The position numbers and the translations under genes are program-made. Under the pieces are notes generated by a model that had not been told where the DNA came from, did no database searches, and saw only the letters and a list, made by a program, of their open reading frames with translations. A DNA stretch of 62,742 bases, filler included, from Platydemus manokwari (lineage: Eukaryota), in assembly GCA_037951405.1 (NCBI GenBank). It is 6 parts of 6 records of this genome, joined end to end, with 100 filler letters (N's around TTAATTAATTAA, not from the genome) between each part and the next. Parts side by side here need not be neighbours in the genome. Positions count along the whole stretch, not along the records: positions 22,286 to 33,140 come from JBBMOY011100554.1; positions 33,241 to 43,412 come from JBBMOY011161437.1; 4 more parts are not named here. One strand, given 5' to 3'. This document shows positions 25,607 to 39,795 of the stretch, piece after piece. Within the stretch, counting starts at the first letter, position 1; each line of letters opens with the position of its first letter.

Positions 25607-28600
25607 ATTTGTAGCACATCAACTCATTAATAATCAAAATGTTGTCGCTGAGAGCTATGATATGGTAACGATATTTTTCAGTGACATAGTAGGATTCACT
25701 TCTCTATCAGCAGAATCAACACCGATGCAGGTTATAAAATCTAATTCCAAAAATTATTCCTTAAATTATATTTCATAGATAATCGAACTATTAAATCGAC
25801 TCTATACAACCTTTGATTCTATAATTGAAAACTATGATGTATATAAAGTGGAAACGATCGGTGATGCATATATGGTTTGTTCTGGATTGCCACAATTGAA
25901 TGGAAATTTACATTCGCGCGAAATAGCCCGAATGTCTATTGCGTTTTTAAATGCGATAAGTGTGTTTATTATTCCTCATAGACCAGATAAGAAATTAGAA
26001 CTACGAATTGGAATTCACTCGGGTATTTTAATGTTAGTTTTTCATTATCATATAATTGTTGTTTTGTTTTCCTTAGGTCCTGTTTGTTCTGGAGTTGTTG
26101 GATTGAAAATGCCGAGATATTGTTTATTCGGTGATTCAGTCAACACATCAAGTAGAATGGAATCAAATGGATTGCGTAATTATTATTAAGTTTTATTTTG
26201 TAATATTAATATTATCTTATTTTCATTTGTGTAGTCACATAAATTTCTATATTCTTTAAAACTCGATTCCGTTGTTATAGTAATTTATTGTAATCCAAAA
26301 ATTTAATTCTAACGCCCAACATCTTTAGATTATTTGTACAGATTTCATACTGAAGCTTGAATTTATTAAACAATTTATTTGAAAATCAACAATAATGTGT
26401 AATGAGCCAAAATAATAGAATTCATCGTCATTTTGTTATGGGAATTGACAAGTCCCTGCCAAGGATTATAGATTATGTGGGTATTTTTACCCATTTAAAA
26501 ACTTGAATTGGTTTTTATCAGCTCTATGTGTTGCTGACCTATCCGGGCAGAGTTTTGAATAGCATTGGTGAGAAGAACCCAATAACTCAAATGGTATGCA
26601 AAAGTTTTTTGAGGAACTACAATAGCAGCCGAAGACACAAATATAAAAGATATCAGATTTTCTTCTAATGACGATAGACGAACAATAGAAGGACATCTGA
26701 AAAAATTCCATAATAAAAATATTTGAATGAAAATTAAAAAAAAAGAATTAAATAATAAAGATGACATAATTATGGACGGTTTTGTTGCACCAAAAAACTA
26801 TCCGACATAATTAGACAAACACCAATTATCAAAAGTACATCAGAAACTCCATGATCTTGTCAAAGATAGATTAAGGCTATTAAAAAGAGATTTTGGTATT
26901 TCGAAATATCGCAGAATTTTATGAACAGTCTTGGATATTATCTATATGTTTAAGCAATACAGGGTACTAGTGGTTTTCATTAATATATTCAGCAAACTGA
27001 CAAGTTTGATTGCAGTTTGAAAACAAAAAGGAAATAAAATTTTCCAATGTCATTCTAGTTTTGTGGATGTATCGTTTTACAAATAACATAGTGCGTGGAA
27101 AAATCAAGGAAACAAATCGAAAATAAATACTGGAAGGATGAGTGTTCATGATTTGTACTTTAATAAGAATTTAGTTTTTCAAATCGACATAATTAGAGCA
27201 GTTTAGAGCAGTGAATCGAATTATATATCAACGAAATTCGTCAAGTTTAACCAAATTTCCTGTTTTCAAAACAATTTTCATATATAAAATAAAATTATAC
27301 TTCAAAGTCGGATAAAAATACTATGTTAAGACATCACAGAGTGACATTGAAAATTTGAAATTCATATTTGGAAAAAACGTTGTGACCGAAAGGAATAGAA
27401 TTGAATTTTCAAGGTGGCAGAAAAAGTTTTGCCACCGAATGGATGTAGATTGGCACCTCTATTGGATATTAAATTTCAATATCATTCGAATAACAAAATG
27501 CACGAGTTATATTTTTAATACTTGTTTATATAAAGAAATAGTATGAATAATTTGACTTTTGAAAGTCCAACTCTACACTGACATCGTAAAAAAAAATCAT
27601 TTTATAAATTGAATAAAGATAAAAAATTAAAATTTACGATTTTAAAACCTCATAAAAAATATCTTAGTGTATATGTTGTTTAGAAATCATCACTAAATCT
27701 CTTCATTATTAAATTATTTCAATCGATGGAATATTTGTGCAAATTATAGTTATAATTTTAAATTTTCGTTCGGATTGTCATATCACCGTAGTCTTATTCT
27801 TAATATTATATTAACATTATTAGATTAAAAGCTAAATATTTCATTATTTTTAAATATGGGCCTTTATCATGAATTATCTTTTATAAATATTCGGAAACAA
27901 CTCGATTCATGGAAAATAAAATACTTAGTGCTTTGGCTAATGTTTTGTTGAATTTCAATTTTAAAAAAAGTTATTGACATTTCACTATTATAAATAATTA
28001 AGGCTTCTAATTTAATTTAAGAAATTAAATTTTATTTATAAATTAATATAAAATGTCTTAAAATTTGATTTGTAAAAATAATTTGATCGAATTATATTAA
28101 AATCAAAACTGGATTGTTACGTAATTTACTTTTCAGATCCGATTGTAGAGATTGAAATTAAGCCATTTAAGACCAATATTTAATAACTTTTGATAGTCAA
28201 TTATTTAGGTCATAATTAATTTATGATAATTTGTTGAAGTAAATCAATGACCAAGAAACTTATATTATAATTAGTTATAATGTGTTTCATAACAATGAGT
28301 CAAAAAAGATGCTTTTTCCGCTTACATAATTTCAAATTGTTCACCTGATGCATAATTTATATTTGAATGAATAAAGAAACAACTGACAATGAAAATCCAA
28401 ACTACAATGTTATTCTAAACCAGAATATCGGTTTTTCAGAAACAAGAAAAATATTTTACAGCTTCTATGTTGTTTATTTATAATATTTTATTAAATTGAT
28501 TTACTGGACTGTCAAGCAAACTGCTTATCTGATTCTAATTATTTAATCGTTTTCGGTCGCAAAATTAAATGACAACATTATAAAACTTATGTACCATTTT

Positions 28601-31600
28601 ATGTACCATAGATCAAGCAAAGGATAATCATGGTTTTAAGACAATATAAAATAATTTAAATAGATGTGCTTAAATTTAATAATTATTCACATTTATTCTG
28701 ATTTTTCTAGCAATTTTCAAATATTATTCGAAATCGAGATTTCTTAACTTCAATCATCGATATAATATTTAAGAATTTGAAATTAATAATTTTGATGAAG
28801 TCATGATTTCATGGCCAGTACAGAGAATATAAACTAGGATTTGGACAATTTTGCCAATTCGTTTGATGTTTATAATTAACTTTCGGTTGAAGTTGTTTAC
28901 AATATATTAATAGCTTTCAAAGAAAATTATAGTTGCTGATTTAAGCAACCGCCAATAGAGTTGAATATAAAAATTCTAAAAAAGGTCTACATTAATTTGG
29001 TAATGATGTTTATAAAATAAAATATTGATATTGTCTGGATTTTAAATATGTTATGAATATAATGTTAATCATTTAAATAAAATAAACGACTAAAATTTCA
29101 TTTAAATAATTTTTTTCAGTGTTTTGGTCAAATATACTTTATATGTTGAACTTCTTAAATCGTGTTCAATGTTTTGTGCAACGAAATAGAAGCAATAAAC
29201 TAATATAAAATTAGAAATAGATTACTGGAAATTTACTGAATTAATACATCATTTTAAAAACCAGATACTCACCATCTTGTTGATAGAATTTCAAATTGAA
29301 ACTCATTAATTTTAATGATAAATGGTTTAAATAATAATTCCCTCTAATCTTTCATGATAGCTGATCAACTGTCACATAAAAGGCGTGCGATATTGTAACT
29401 AGTTTATTTCAATCATATTAATAATGATTAAGGTTTGAAGATTTATTTAAAAACTTTATCATTGTTTATCATATTCATAAATAGATATAAATTTCATTAA
29501 ATGTTTTTCTAAAATTAATAAATTGAATAAAAATTTTATTAGAGCTTCAGAAAATAAACTTTGCATCGTGTGGCAATATTTATTTTAACTTTACAATTCC
29601 TATGTAAGAAACTGCCAACTTGATATTTACTTAATTTTGACAAAATCAACAGAGGTTTTGTAATTTTTTAAAAGGCTAGCTTTAATAATGCCATTGATGT
29701 CAAAATTCTTTCTTGAATATCTTGTTTATCCAATTAGTTTTTGATATCAATTTATATTTTGACTTGTTTGCTTTTTCGATGAGAGAAAAAAAATTTGAAA
29801 ATATTTTTATGCACATTTATGAAATATAGATTTAGGTCAGTTTGATTTTTTACTCTGGCAAAAATTATCATTAATATTATTGATTGAATTACAATATTAT
29901 GAACTGATATTTTGGTCAATATTTGTGAACAGTTTTCGATAATTATTCGACTAGCATGTCTGCATCAAATCCACTAACGCTGAATATATAAAAGTGTAAT
30001 TATAATCACAAAGTTACATTTAAAAATTAAATTATTAGTAATGGCACCCTAAATCACAATCAATAAATAAAATCAATGAACAATGGAATCAGCACAAAAA
30101 AGATGGAACAATAACAGAAATAACGACCACAGCTAATTGGTCTACAGAATGGTCATACAAAAGAATAAGAGACATATAAAATTACCGACCATGAACTACT
30201 GGCAGTTGCATACGATATTCAGCTCCTTTCATCTACTTACGTGTGCTTACCTGTTGCTTTGTGTCTATACCTTTTTTATTAAGTGAAATCGCCTACATAG
30301 TAGTTTATTAGTAGATTTTCTATTAACTTTGGGCCATTGGTTTATTGTTGCTTGTTATTGATATGCCTCGATGATTGTCGAATCCTATTAATATATTGGT
30401 ATTTTGGATTCATCTGATTGGCTATAGGCATGCGTCTTCATCGAGTCTGTATGTATGGAACCTTTTAATGGTTCTGCCATAGTATCTTGCTCGCTTTTGC
30501 TACTTACTCAGAAATATAATAAATTATATTCTCCTTACGTATCATCGATGATTGAGCCTCTGCAACATTTCAATCAAAACAGTAGTATCATTACTACATT
30601 TTTAGAAATAAATGAATATTCAGCAATCTTTATCTAACGGATTTCCTTTTTTAATTCGTTTCTGTCAAACTGGTATGCGTTTTAAAGTTTCTAAACATCA
30701 AACTTTACGTCTCAGTTTATTCTACGACAATATTTAATCTTCGATAAATTTAACATTGACTTTGTGCATTTTCAGATAAAAAATTATATTTTTAATCTAA
30801 ATATCGAAATAAATAATAGAACAACATTAATTATTGTTGCATCAATATTTTGAAAAATATTTTGAAAATTCACGTCGAGTCAAATGTTAGAAATTTATTT
30901 AATACCTTATTTCTATGTTGCAGTTTGTTTTAATTTATAAAGTTGTACATGTTTATTATGTATAGCATATCTAGCTTTCTGTCGCAGATAGTTTTATCTA
31001 AATGCAAAATCGTAACGAACAATAAACACTATGTATGTAGTCATAGATATTTTCTCTTCAAATTTACATCTAATAGATAATGAAATAAAGGAGGAAACAT
31101 CAAAAGAAAAATAATAAATAATGAAAAAATAAATATAATAATTAGAAAATCAGCAATTTTTTTCCTATTTTAACATTATCAGTTTTATTTATTCATTGTC
31201 AAGGAAGTTCAATGGATGAAACCTAATTTCATCGACTATAGTAAATTAGGTTGTCAGTTTATGAATTGGAAAATTGGTAGATAGTTCTTTCTAATTTATT
31301 TATGGCTTTATCTGTACAATGAATGCCGCTTAACATGAAATTTTTGTAACATTATTAATAGATATGATTGTTTAATTGAGTTATTGATGTAAGGAGATTG
31401 TTATTTTAAAGAAAATGTTGTAACCATTCATCTACCGAATATTATGTCTGAGAATAAATAACCGATTTTCTATTGCTATTATTGTTGTTATGAAAATTTT
31501 CTAATAAATGAATTTAGATCCATCGAATTAATTCCGAAAATATTTATGAAATGAATGCAAGCTAAATGAGGTAACTCATCTTTTCCCCGAGACAATTTAT

Positions 31601-32069
31601 CAAAATTGTCATATTAATTAATAAATATTAATGGAATGTTTAATGGACCTTATCATGAAGACAAAACCATTAAACTCGTGCTTTTTTGTTACTGTTCTGT
31701 CATTCATTTTGAAGTTACTAAAAATAGTATTATTAAGACTTGTTTTAAAGTCCAAATCAAAAAGTTGTAATAAAAATAGAATTTCAATTAAGAATTCAAC
31801 CACATCTGTTCAACAACTTTCGTTCAGTTATAAATAGAGAAATGTTTTTTTTATCAAATTTGCATCCGTTTTTCTTTTAACTTAACAAATAAAATCAAAA
31901 CAGTAAACATTCTGCATTCACACCTTTATAATTAATTTGATTAAAATGTCGAATTTAATTTATTATTTATAATTTAGCTTTAAAAATCCACATCAGCAAA
32001 TCAACCAAGGAGATTTTGGACACTTTTGGAACGTTTATAATTACCGAAAGAGGTTATATCGATCTTAAA
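25607..32069 (+). CDS. Receptor-type (natriuretic-peptide-receptor-like) guanylyl cyclase, catalytic domain exons, partial
   Basis: Phase-consistent GT-AG exons: 25607-25730 ([41 protein letters not shown]), 25779-26022 ([38 protein letters not shown]...LRIGIHSG), 26077-26175 ([32 protein letters not shown]), 31978-32069 ([31 protein letters not shown]). The GTP-specifying Glu (VETIGD) and Cys (RYCLFGD) are present. Other exons were not found in this scaffold. Confidence 0.94.
26420..26800 (+). mobile_element. Possible decayed Mutator-like (MULE) transposase fragment in cyclase intron
   Basis: Frameshifted [16 protein letters not shown]...DFL near 26570-26670 resembles the MULE RTNN..E..H..L motif; purine-rich coding-like composition. 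Weak. Confidence 0.3.
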
Positions 32070-33140
32070 GTAAAGAAATTTTGATAATTTTTAAAATTAG
32101 TTTACTGGCCTAAATATTACAGATTTCATTTTATGGTTTCTTTTCAGAAATTTGACACATTTAAAAATTATAATTCTCTAAGATGTCAGTGGATGTAAAA
32201 AAAATTTAAATTAGTATTTATTACAATTTTAAAATCTAACTGATCTTCTATTAACAGACAACATTGATTGAAAAATTAAACAAAGCCACGAAACAGAATA
32301 TGTATAACAAATCAAACATAATAAATAGAGTGTATTTACCAATTAATACATTTCTCATAATCAGTGAATAAGTTTCTTCTGTATTTTGAATGATATAACT
32401 TTACAATCTACTTTCATCTATCATGGTGTTAAAACTGCTCATTAATGGGTTTTCTGTTTAATATTAATCTTCAGGAAATTCAATTTATTCAATAGTTGTA
32501 ATAGGAGTCATTGTGGTATATTAATTCAAAATAATAAAATGTAAATGTGATAAAAATATAATTTTATCTCTGTATACATTGATTTACAGTCAAATAATAA
32601 CCTTTAGATCACAGTTAGTAATGGGTTCGGCAGTCGAATATATTAAACAGAACTTAATCACGTAATTAATTACTGACCCAGAAAAGTAGTTAAATCGACT
32701 GAGATTCAGTTCACTTTATAATCCAATACTTACATGTTTAAGTTGCTTTGGCCATTTTAGATTTTGGTTGATGACTTTTGGAGTGTTTATTCTTTTATGT
32801 ATTTAACGATCAACAATCCAGTCAGCAGCCGTCTACTCGAGATTTCTGATTAGCTATTGTATAGACGTGCCTCACTTGTAAATATATTCCAGTTTCATGA
32901 GATTATTTCAAGATTATAGTTAAAGTTTCCCACCTGCTTTACATAACATGCAATATAATTAAATGTTTCGCATTAGAATGCGAGAAACTTAATTCTAGAA
33001 CTAAGTGTATTGTAAAGTTTCATATTTATAATTAATTATTATTCTGTCAGGAGAGATTTTCCAATAATTATACACTGGTCTTTCAATTTTTTCATTGAAT
33101 TTTTTTCTCGAAATGTAATTTTCATGTAATAACCCAATAC

Positions 33141-33240
33141 NNNNNNNNNNNNNNNNNNNNNNNNNNNNNNNNNNNNNNNNNNNNTTAATTAATTAANNNN
33201 NNNNNNNNNNNNNNNNNNNNNNNNNNNNNNNNNNNNNNNN
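33141..33240. other. Artificial scaffold-joining linker
   Basis: N44-TTAATTAATTAA-N44. Confidence 0.98.
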
Positions 33241-35153
33241 ATATACATTTAAAATGTAATGAAGGACTTGGGATTATACACATTTAAAGATACAGATTAG
33301 AGTCAATCAAATAGATAAATAGTTAAAGCAAATGTAATAGTCAGACGTATCCATGGTCAAATTCTTCATCGATATCCACACGCTTGTGATGCTCCCACCA
33401 ACTTGAGGAACTAATTGTCTCATCGGGAATTGTTGGGTTTAATTTTATCTTTTAAGCTTTATCGCCCAAATACACTTCTCTGGATCGATTCCATAGTACT
33501 CTGTGCCATTTTGATTCATTTCATCATCTAGCTCTATCCGTTCCATAGTACTGGTGCTCTGGGCATCTTCCCACAATAACATTTACCAGAATAACATTGA
33601 AATATACGAGTAAACTTTAATAATGTGAATAATAAATGGTAATTCATAAAAATTTGAAAAACAATATAAATAATCTTAATAATAATTAAACTGAAAATAA
33701 AAATGAAGATAGAATCATGGAAAAATCATTTTATTATTTATAAAAATTTAGAAAAGCTTTAATTTGATTGTTGTTCTTTATAGGAAATTTTTGAGAAATT
33801 ACGAATTGAACTCACTGATGTTGAAGTTTGAAAGAAGAAAGAAATTATTCAAAATCTTCAATGAAAAATATTGATTTTCAATGGAAAAATAATTTATAAC
33901 TTGAAAATGTATAAAAACGAAGTCAAAAGTAAATAGTTCGAACACAAAATCAGATACAATGTATATCATTTATTAGCTTTAATACCAAAAATATAATCAC
34001 TATCAAAAAAATTATAGTTAATAATAAAATTTTATAACAAACAAAAACATAAACATTTGAAATGTTTTTGGACCTTTCGAAAAGGTCCGATTTTCGTAAT
34101 TGGGCTTAGTTTGTGATGATTCATTCATATTAATTGAGTTTTGTTAAAGAATAAGAAAACCAACAGAAGTGCAAAGATTCCAGTGAAAAAATAAAAAAAA
34201 AAGTCTTTCTCTTTGTACAATCAGAGTCTTTATTTTGAGAAAACTGAACCAAACCTTAGCAGTCAGAAAATTCATGGCTTTGTCCTTATTTTATAAAGAC
34301 AAATCTCGACAAAGACAATTATGCTATTTAAGCTAACCAATTGAGTCACTGCACAAAAATTCAAACCATATCTTCAAAATAAACCATACCACAATTTTTA
34401 AACCAAAATGAGAGTTAATCTTCTTGTACAAAAAGAAATCACAAAAAATTCTGAACAAAGTTTCTGAAACAGTAGCCAATCATTGTAATCACAAAAAATT
34501 ACCTGATAAAAGGAGAGTTAATTTTCCTGCATAAAAGTATAAGAATATTAGAACAACAATACCATAAATCAAATTTGAATCGATCGAGTTACAGCAAACC
34601 CTCGACGTACTGTATAAGGATAATGAAAATTTATAGGAGATCGAATTCCGATCACCCCGTTATCACCCTCACGTAAATTTCATGATAATATATTCCAGGC
34701 CAATCGGATCTATAATCAATCAAATTTCAGAATTAATTACCAATTATTACTTTTCTAATCAATCTGGATTATCCACGATTATAAGCTGTTGATTCAATAA
34801 GAATCAATTAAGAGTAATTATCTTCGCAGATATTTCCACTTTGTTTTATTCCAAAGGTATCTATTGCAGAATGGTTTTTTATGATTTAAGATTTCTTATC
34901 ATATTTAAACGAACTGTACAATTTGGAAAATTTAAAAACCATCAATATATTTTATTGTCATCGTTGCGTTCTTCATTCGTTCGATTATGTAAATATTACA
35001 TAATTAGTTTTATAATAATCAATATCAGTTATTGGACAACAATCGATTGTCACACGGATTGAATATTATTGAATTTTCCCTTATTAAATAAATTATTCAT
35101 GTTTGATATACTTCTTCGATTCTGATTGTATTATCTCTTTGGAGTCAGATGAA

Positions 35154-35391
35154 GTGGGCAATTCTTGTTATCATTATTGTGGGCAATTCTTATCATTATT
35201 GTGGATAATTATTGTTATCATTATTGTGGGCAATTCTTGTTATCATTATTGTGGGCAATTATTGTTATCATTATTGTGGGCAATTATTGTTATCATTATT
35301 GTGGGTAATTATTGTTATCATTATTGTGGGCAATTCTTGTTATCATTATTGTGGGCAATTATTGTTATCATTATTGTGGGTAATTATTGTT
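35154..35391. repeat. 25-bp minisatellite, ~9.6 copies
   Basis: Unit gtggg(c/t)aatt(a/c)ttgttatcattatt in head-to-tail copies with no spacers; the second copy has a 3-nt deletion. Confidence 0.95.
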
Positions 35392-37284
35392 GAAATGTGA
35401 TTTATTATTATCATTTATTTAAATTATTATTAATCTTGACAATTATTTATTATTATCGTCAATTGTGAAAGAATTTAGTTAATTATTATTGTAAAGGAAA
35501 AGAAGGACAAGAAGAATTTTGACAGTATGTATAAATAAAAAAAATGATAAAATAATTGTAGAAAAGAAAAGAAAAAGTAATTAGTAATTTATATGCAAAA
35601 ATCACCTAAAAAAGGCATTCAAAGAATTCATAAAATTATATGACACCCACTAATCAAGCTAGTATAATAATAATAATTTCATAATTTCATACAACACAAT
35701 ACTTCTAAACACAATATTAAAACACTCTCACTTTAAAGTGCAGTTAAGGTGTCATAATTAATACGAATCGTTGATCGAGAATTTGTGTCCATGATACCAC
35801 TTTGGATAAATTGTTTTGTCGGATTGGATTTCTAGAATGAAGGAGAGGAAAAAATCAGCGTCGAATGAATTCACTGAATTTTTTTGGAGAAATTTAATTT
35901 GCGCGGAGTAAGATTATTAGTTTTTTTTATATGTTATTTTTCATAAACTTGAATTAATAACTCTATCATATCTCCATATTTTATGCTATTTACTCACATT
36001 ATGTCGAAATTTAAAATCTTCTAAAACCGTCCCTCCTCTCAGTCTGCTTTTGGCTATCATCAAATCACTTTCGTGGCATGCTGAATATTTAATTCAATTT
36101 TTTTTTCATTTCTGTTATTGTTGTATTTTTAATTCTATAAATAATATTTTAAATATAATAACAACTTCTTGATCTAACCTGCTCATAAAGATATTTATAC
36201 AGTAGGAGAACAAGATATTTATTAATTTATATTTTACTTCAGAATAAATTGAATATTACACTCAGTCCTTTCAGTAATTTAACAGTCTCATAAATTTTAG
36301 TAAAGCTAATGACAACAAATATTAACACTTAAATTATTAAAACAGTAGATTAGCTTTAGAGCACCCATAGAGAAATTCAGCTGAACAATTCCGAAAATGT
36401 AGTCATCAATACTAATTATTGAAGTCTTTTGATAATCAATGGAGAAATTAAACCTAGTTAATTAATTAACGCAATCATAGCGAAATTAGGAGCCATACTT
36501 GAAAGAAACTAAAGCCTAAAAGAAATAATAATTGAAAAAAAAATAATTGAAAATAAGCAAATACGATTGATTCTAATAACTTATAGTCATAGAAAAATAG
36601 AATAAATACAAAAGGTATTATTTCAAATGGAACAAGAGGCTTCATAACGTATGCTAAAATGACCTTGAAAAATAGATTTAGAAACTGCCTAAAGATAAAA
36701 GAACAAAAATCTGTGAATCAATTTATTAAAAGAAGTGAAGAAAAAAATTCCAATGATGCTGACTTATTTTGTGATCTATCGGAAGGTTATGGTCCATATT
36801 GGTAGAGCAGTAAATGATATTATTGAATTAAAAGATCGGATCGTTTATTTCCTGTTAAAAATAATGAACATAAAATGAAATAAAATCATCGTTGATGCAG
36901 TATTTCCACAGTATCACGAACACACGATTTTTTGGCATTCTTTACACGTGCTTTTTACATCAAGTTAAGCAATGACAATGGATTTATGGGTAACTTGTAC
37001 TCTTCAAAAAGAGCACTCAAAAATGCTTAGTTCTCATTGCAACACTAAAATTCTGTTCCTTTCTTTTGTCCAAAAGTCACTATGTTACTTTCGCATTTTG
37101 CAAAAAACGTTTCAAAAAATGTCTGTAAAAATTTATAAATGAAGTTTAAGGTTGCAATTGTGCGTCAATTTAAATCTGTTTTTAAATAGTCTTAGATGAT
37201 TTCAGAATCAGAGACGCTAAAAATTGTCATAAACAACAACTTTTTGTTGGGTAGATCACAAATCAGCCATAAAAGTTACAGGAA

Positions 37285-37780
37285 GTAAAGAAATAACACT
37301 AAAAAGGGTCGACACATACAGATTCGATAAGCACATGTGCCGTCAGTCAATCACATTCGTTCTAATATTAATTCATATTTAGAAACTAAGAATGGACAGT
37401 CACATATCTACAAATGGCAACAAACTCAAATATCTGCCAGTAGCATGAACGATACGGGGAAATTTTCAAGTAGGCCGATCCATGACTGAATTCAGCAAAT
37501 GGGAAAAGAAGATCCTTGACATCAAGACAACACATCCGATAGGTCTTTAAAGGAGGTTGAGTTCCATGAGTAACTGCCAGTCTTGTTTGGTCGGTAGCTT
37601 AACTTTGTGCGATTTTAAGTAACCAGTCTTTTTAGTTACCTTCTATTCTGTGTTTGACCTCTGGGTGCTGATCCCTTATTGTATGATAAACTATCATTGA
37701 TTATACAGAGGTTTAATTGTAGTTGTTGTTATTGAAATTGTAACATTTTGGACAATATAATTTTCAGGTTTAAATTTTTA
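37285..37780 (-). repeat. Interspersed repeat family A, copy 2
   Basis: Reverse complement of ~4225-4665. Confidence 0.75.
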
Positions 37781-39795
37781 ATGGTTAAAGAGATCCAAAA
37801 TATCTAAATTGATAAAAGCTGTAAAATTTAATTATTTTAGGTCTTTTGAACCCTTTTTTCTACCGTCACCTTGTGTTTGGTTTTGAAATTTTCTCCCATC
37901 TTTTCCGATAATTTTCGTAAGCCCTTGGAAGGGAGCTAAAGACGAGAATAGAGAACATCATAGATGCGTGACAAAATTTCGAGGTTTGTTTCTGAATTTT
38001 GCATATCAATCTAGATTTTAAATCGTTTGTTACGGTGTTACGAGTAGGAACAAAAGTTTTTATATGGATACTATTGAATGTTTATGATATCACTGAATTT
38101 CTAAACATTTATATTATTGAAAGATACGCGTTAATTACACATAAGAGTATATAATTAAAAAAAATCTGAACCCCATGAGAAGATAGGTACCAAAATCTTA
38201 CCATATGTACTTACCATCGCAAAATCGTGACGTTTATGAGATAACCAATAAACGTAATAACTTCCTTGTACGAAATATTTCTATTAAAATGCCTCATTTG
38301 GATTTCACTTTACTTTGGTATTGTGATTTATTTTGCGAAACTTATTGTACAAAATCACAATGATATGAATTATATGAGTACAAACTGAAGTTAGAACATT
38401 GTAACAAGACTCCATAGTTCTACAAGAGACATCAAAATATCAATGTGATCCGTTAAGTTTCTAAAGCCGATTGACTAAATGGTTATAAGAAGTAACACTG
38501 TATGAATATTGTAAACATTTAAAGCTTTCTGAAAACCTGCATTATTATAAATAAAAGTATGAAATTTTAAATCCCAAATTTATATAATACTGCAAACAAA
38601 TCTGATGATGATAAATTAATAAAGTTATTCAACGATATTATTTCATAATATTCGTCGATCCAAAGTTTTAAAAATCAATTCAAGTTTTCTGTTAAGACCC
38701 AATAATCCGTGTTACCACATTACTCCTCCAAAATTTCCAGCGTGTCTTAGAAAATCTGCATAGAATAGAAACAGATAATTTGCCAGTAATCAACATTATT
38801 GTCTCGAAACATCATTTTAAAATTTTGATCGTGAGCAATTATGTGATTGGTTTTGAATTATGTATTCAAACATGAATAAATCATCATCAGTTTATTTTAT
38901 TATTTCTTCATCCTGATAACTACTCCAATCTTTTACAGTAATATTTACAACAAATTTTGTCACAAACGCATAAGATACAGTGACAACTGTATCTATTTGT
39001 TGGAACATGATATCGTATTACATTGATGATGTAATCGTATAATGAAGTTCAATTAAAGTTTCTCGACACCAAAAAAGGTTGAATAAAATCCGACAGTTAC
39101 ATGAGATGACATAGATAATGAAATCTATTTTAAAATACTATTAAATACCAAGACTTTATCAACAAAGATTCAATATCGAAGTTTTTCAGAAAAGTGAAAG
39201 ATAAGTCAATATAATAAATACAAATATATATAGATAAAATCAAAGATTTTTTAATCGATTTTGTCACATACACACTCAGTTATAGAGACACACAATCTGT
39301 TACAGACAGTCGATCATTTTATCTCTTAACACAATCGTCATAATCAACAATTTAAACAGAACAATGAAATTCATAATATTGATTTTTATGACATTTCACT
39401 GAGTATAAACAATGAGTAATTAAAATGTTAATGCTTTAAAATATTTTATTTCATTTAGGAATAATAATTGCAATTTCAACATAATTATAAATAAAGCACT
39501 ATTAAATTTAAATAACAAATTAGAAATAAACATAATTGTCATAAAATTATTTAAAATTTCATTGCGTGAAAAATTAATATTAATTTAAATACCAAATTGA
39601 TGTATTTAAACACATGTTATAATTTGTTTATAAAAGGATTAATTTTTATCAGATCTAAGCTAGAATATTTAAAGTAGGTTTTGTAAATTAATAAATCTGC
39701 TGAGTCTATTTTGTTTACATAAAAAATTAATTAGAATAAAAATGTTGTGTAAAATTAGCTTTTAAATAATTCTAAATCAAATCTTAGAAATTTCA

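Noticed and set aside
517-32069. Apparent cGMP signalling cluster (CNG channel near a guanylyl cyclase)
   Set aside because: The genes are on different scaffolds separated by two artificial linkers, so the proximity is not biological evidence.
35103-35400. Cys/His-rich repetitive ORFs, or a CRISPR-like array
   Set aside because: These are translations of a 25-bp tandem repeat that is not a multiple of three and has no unique spacers.
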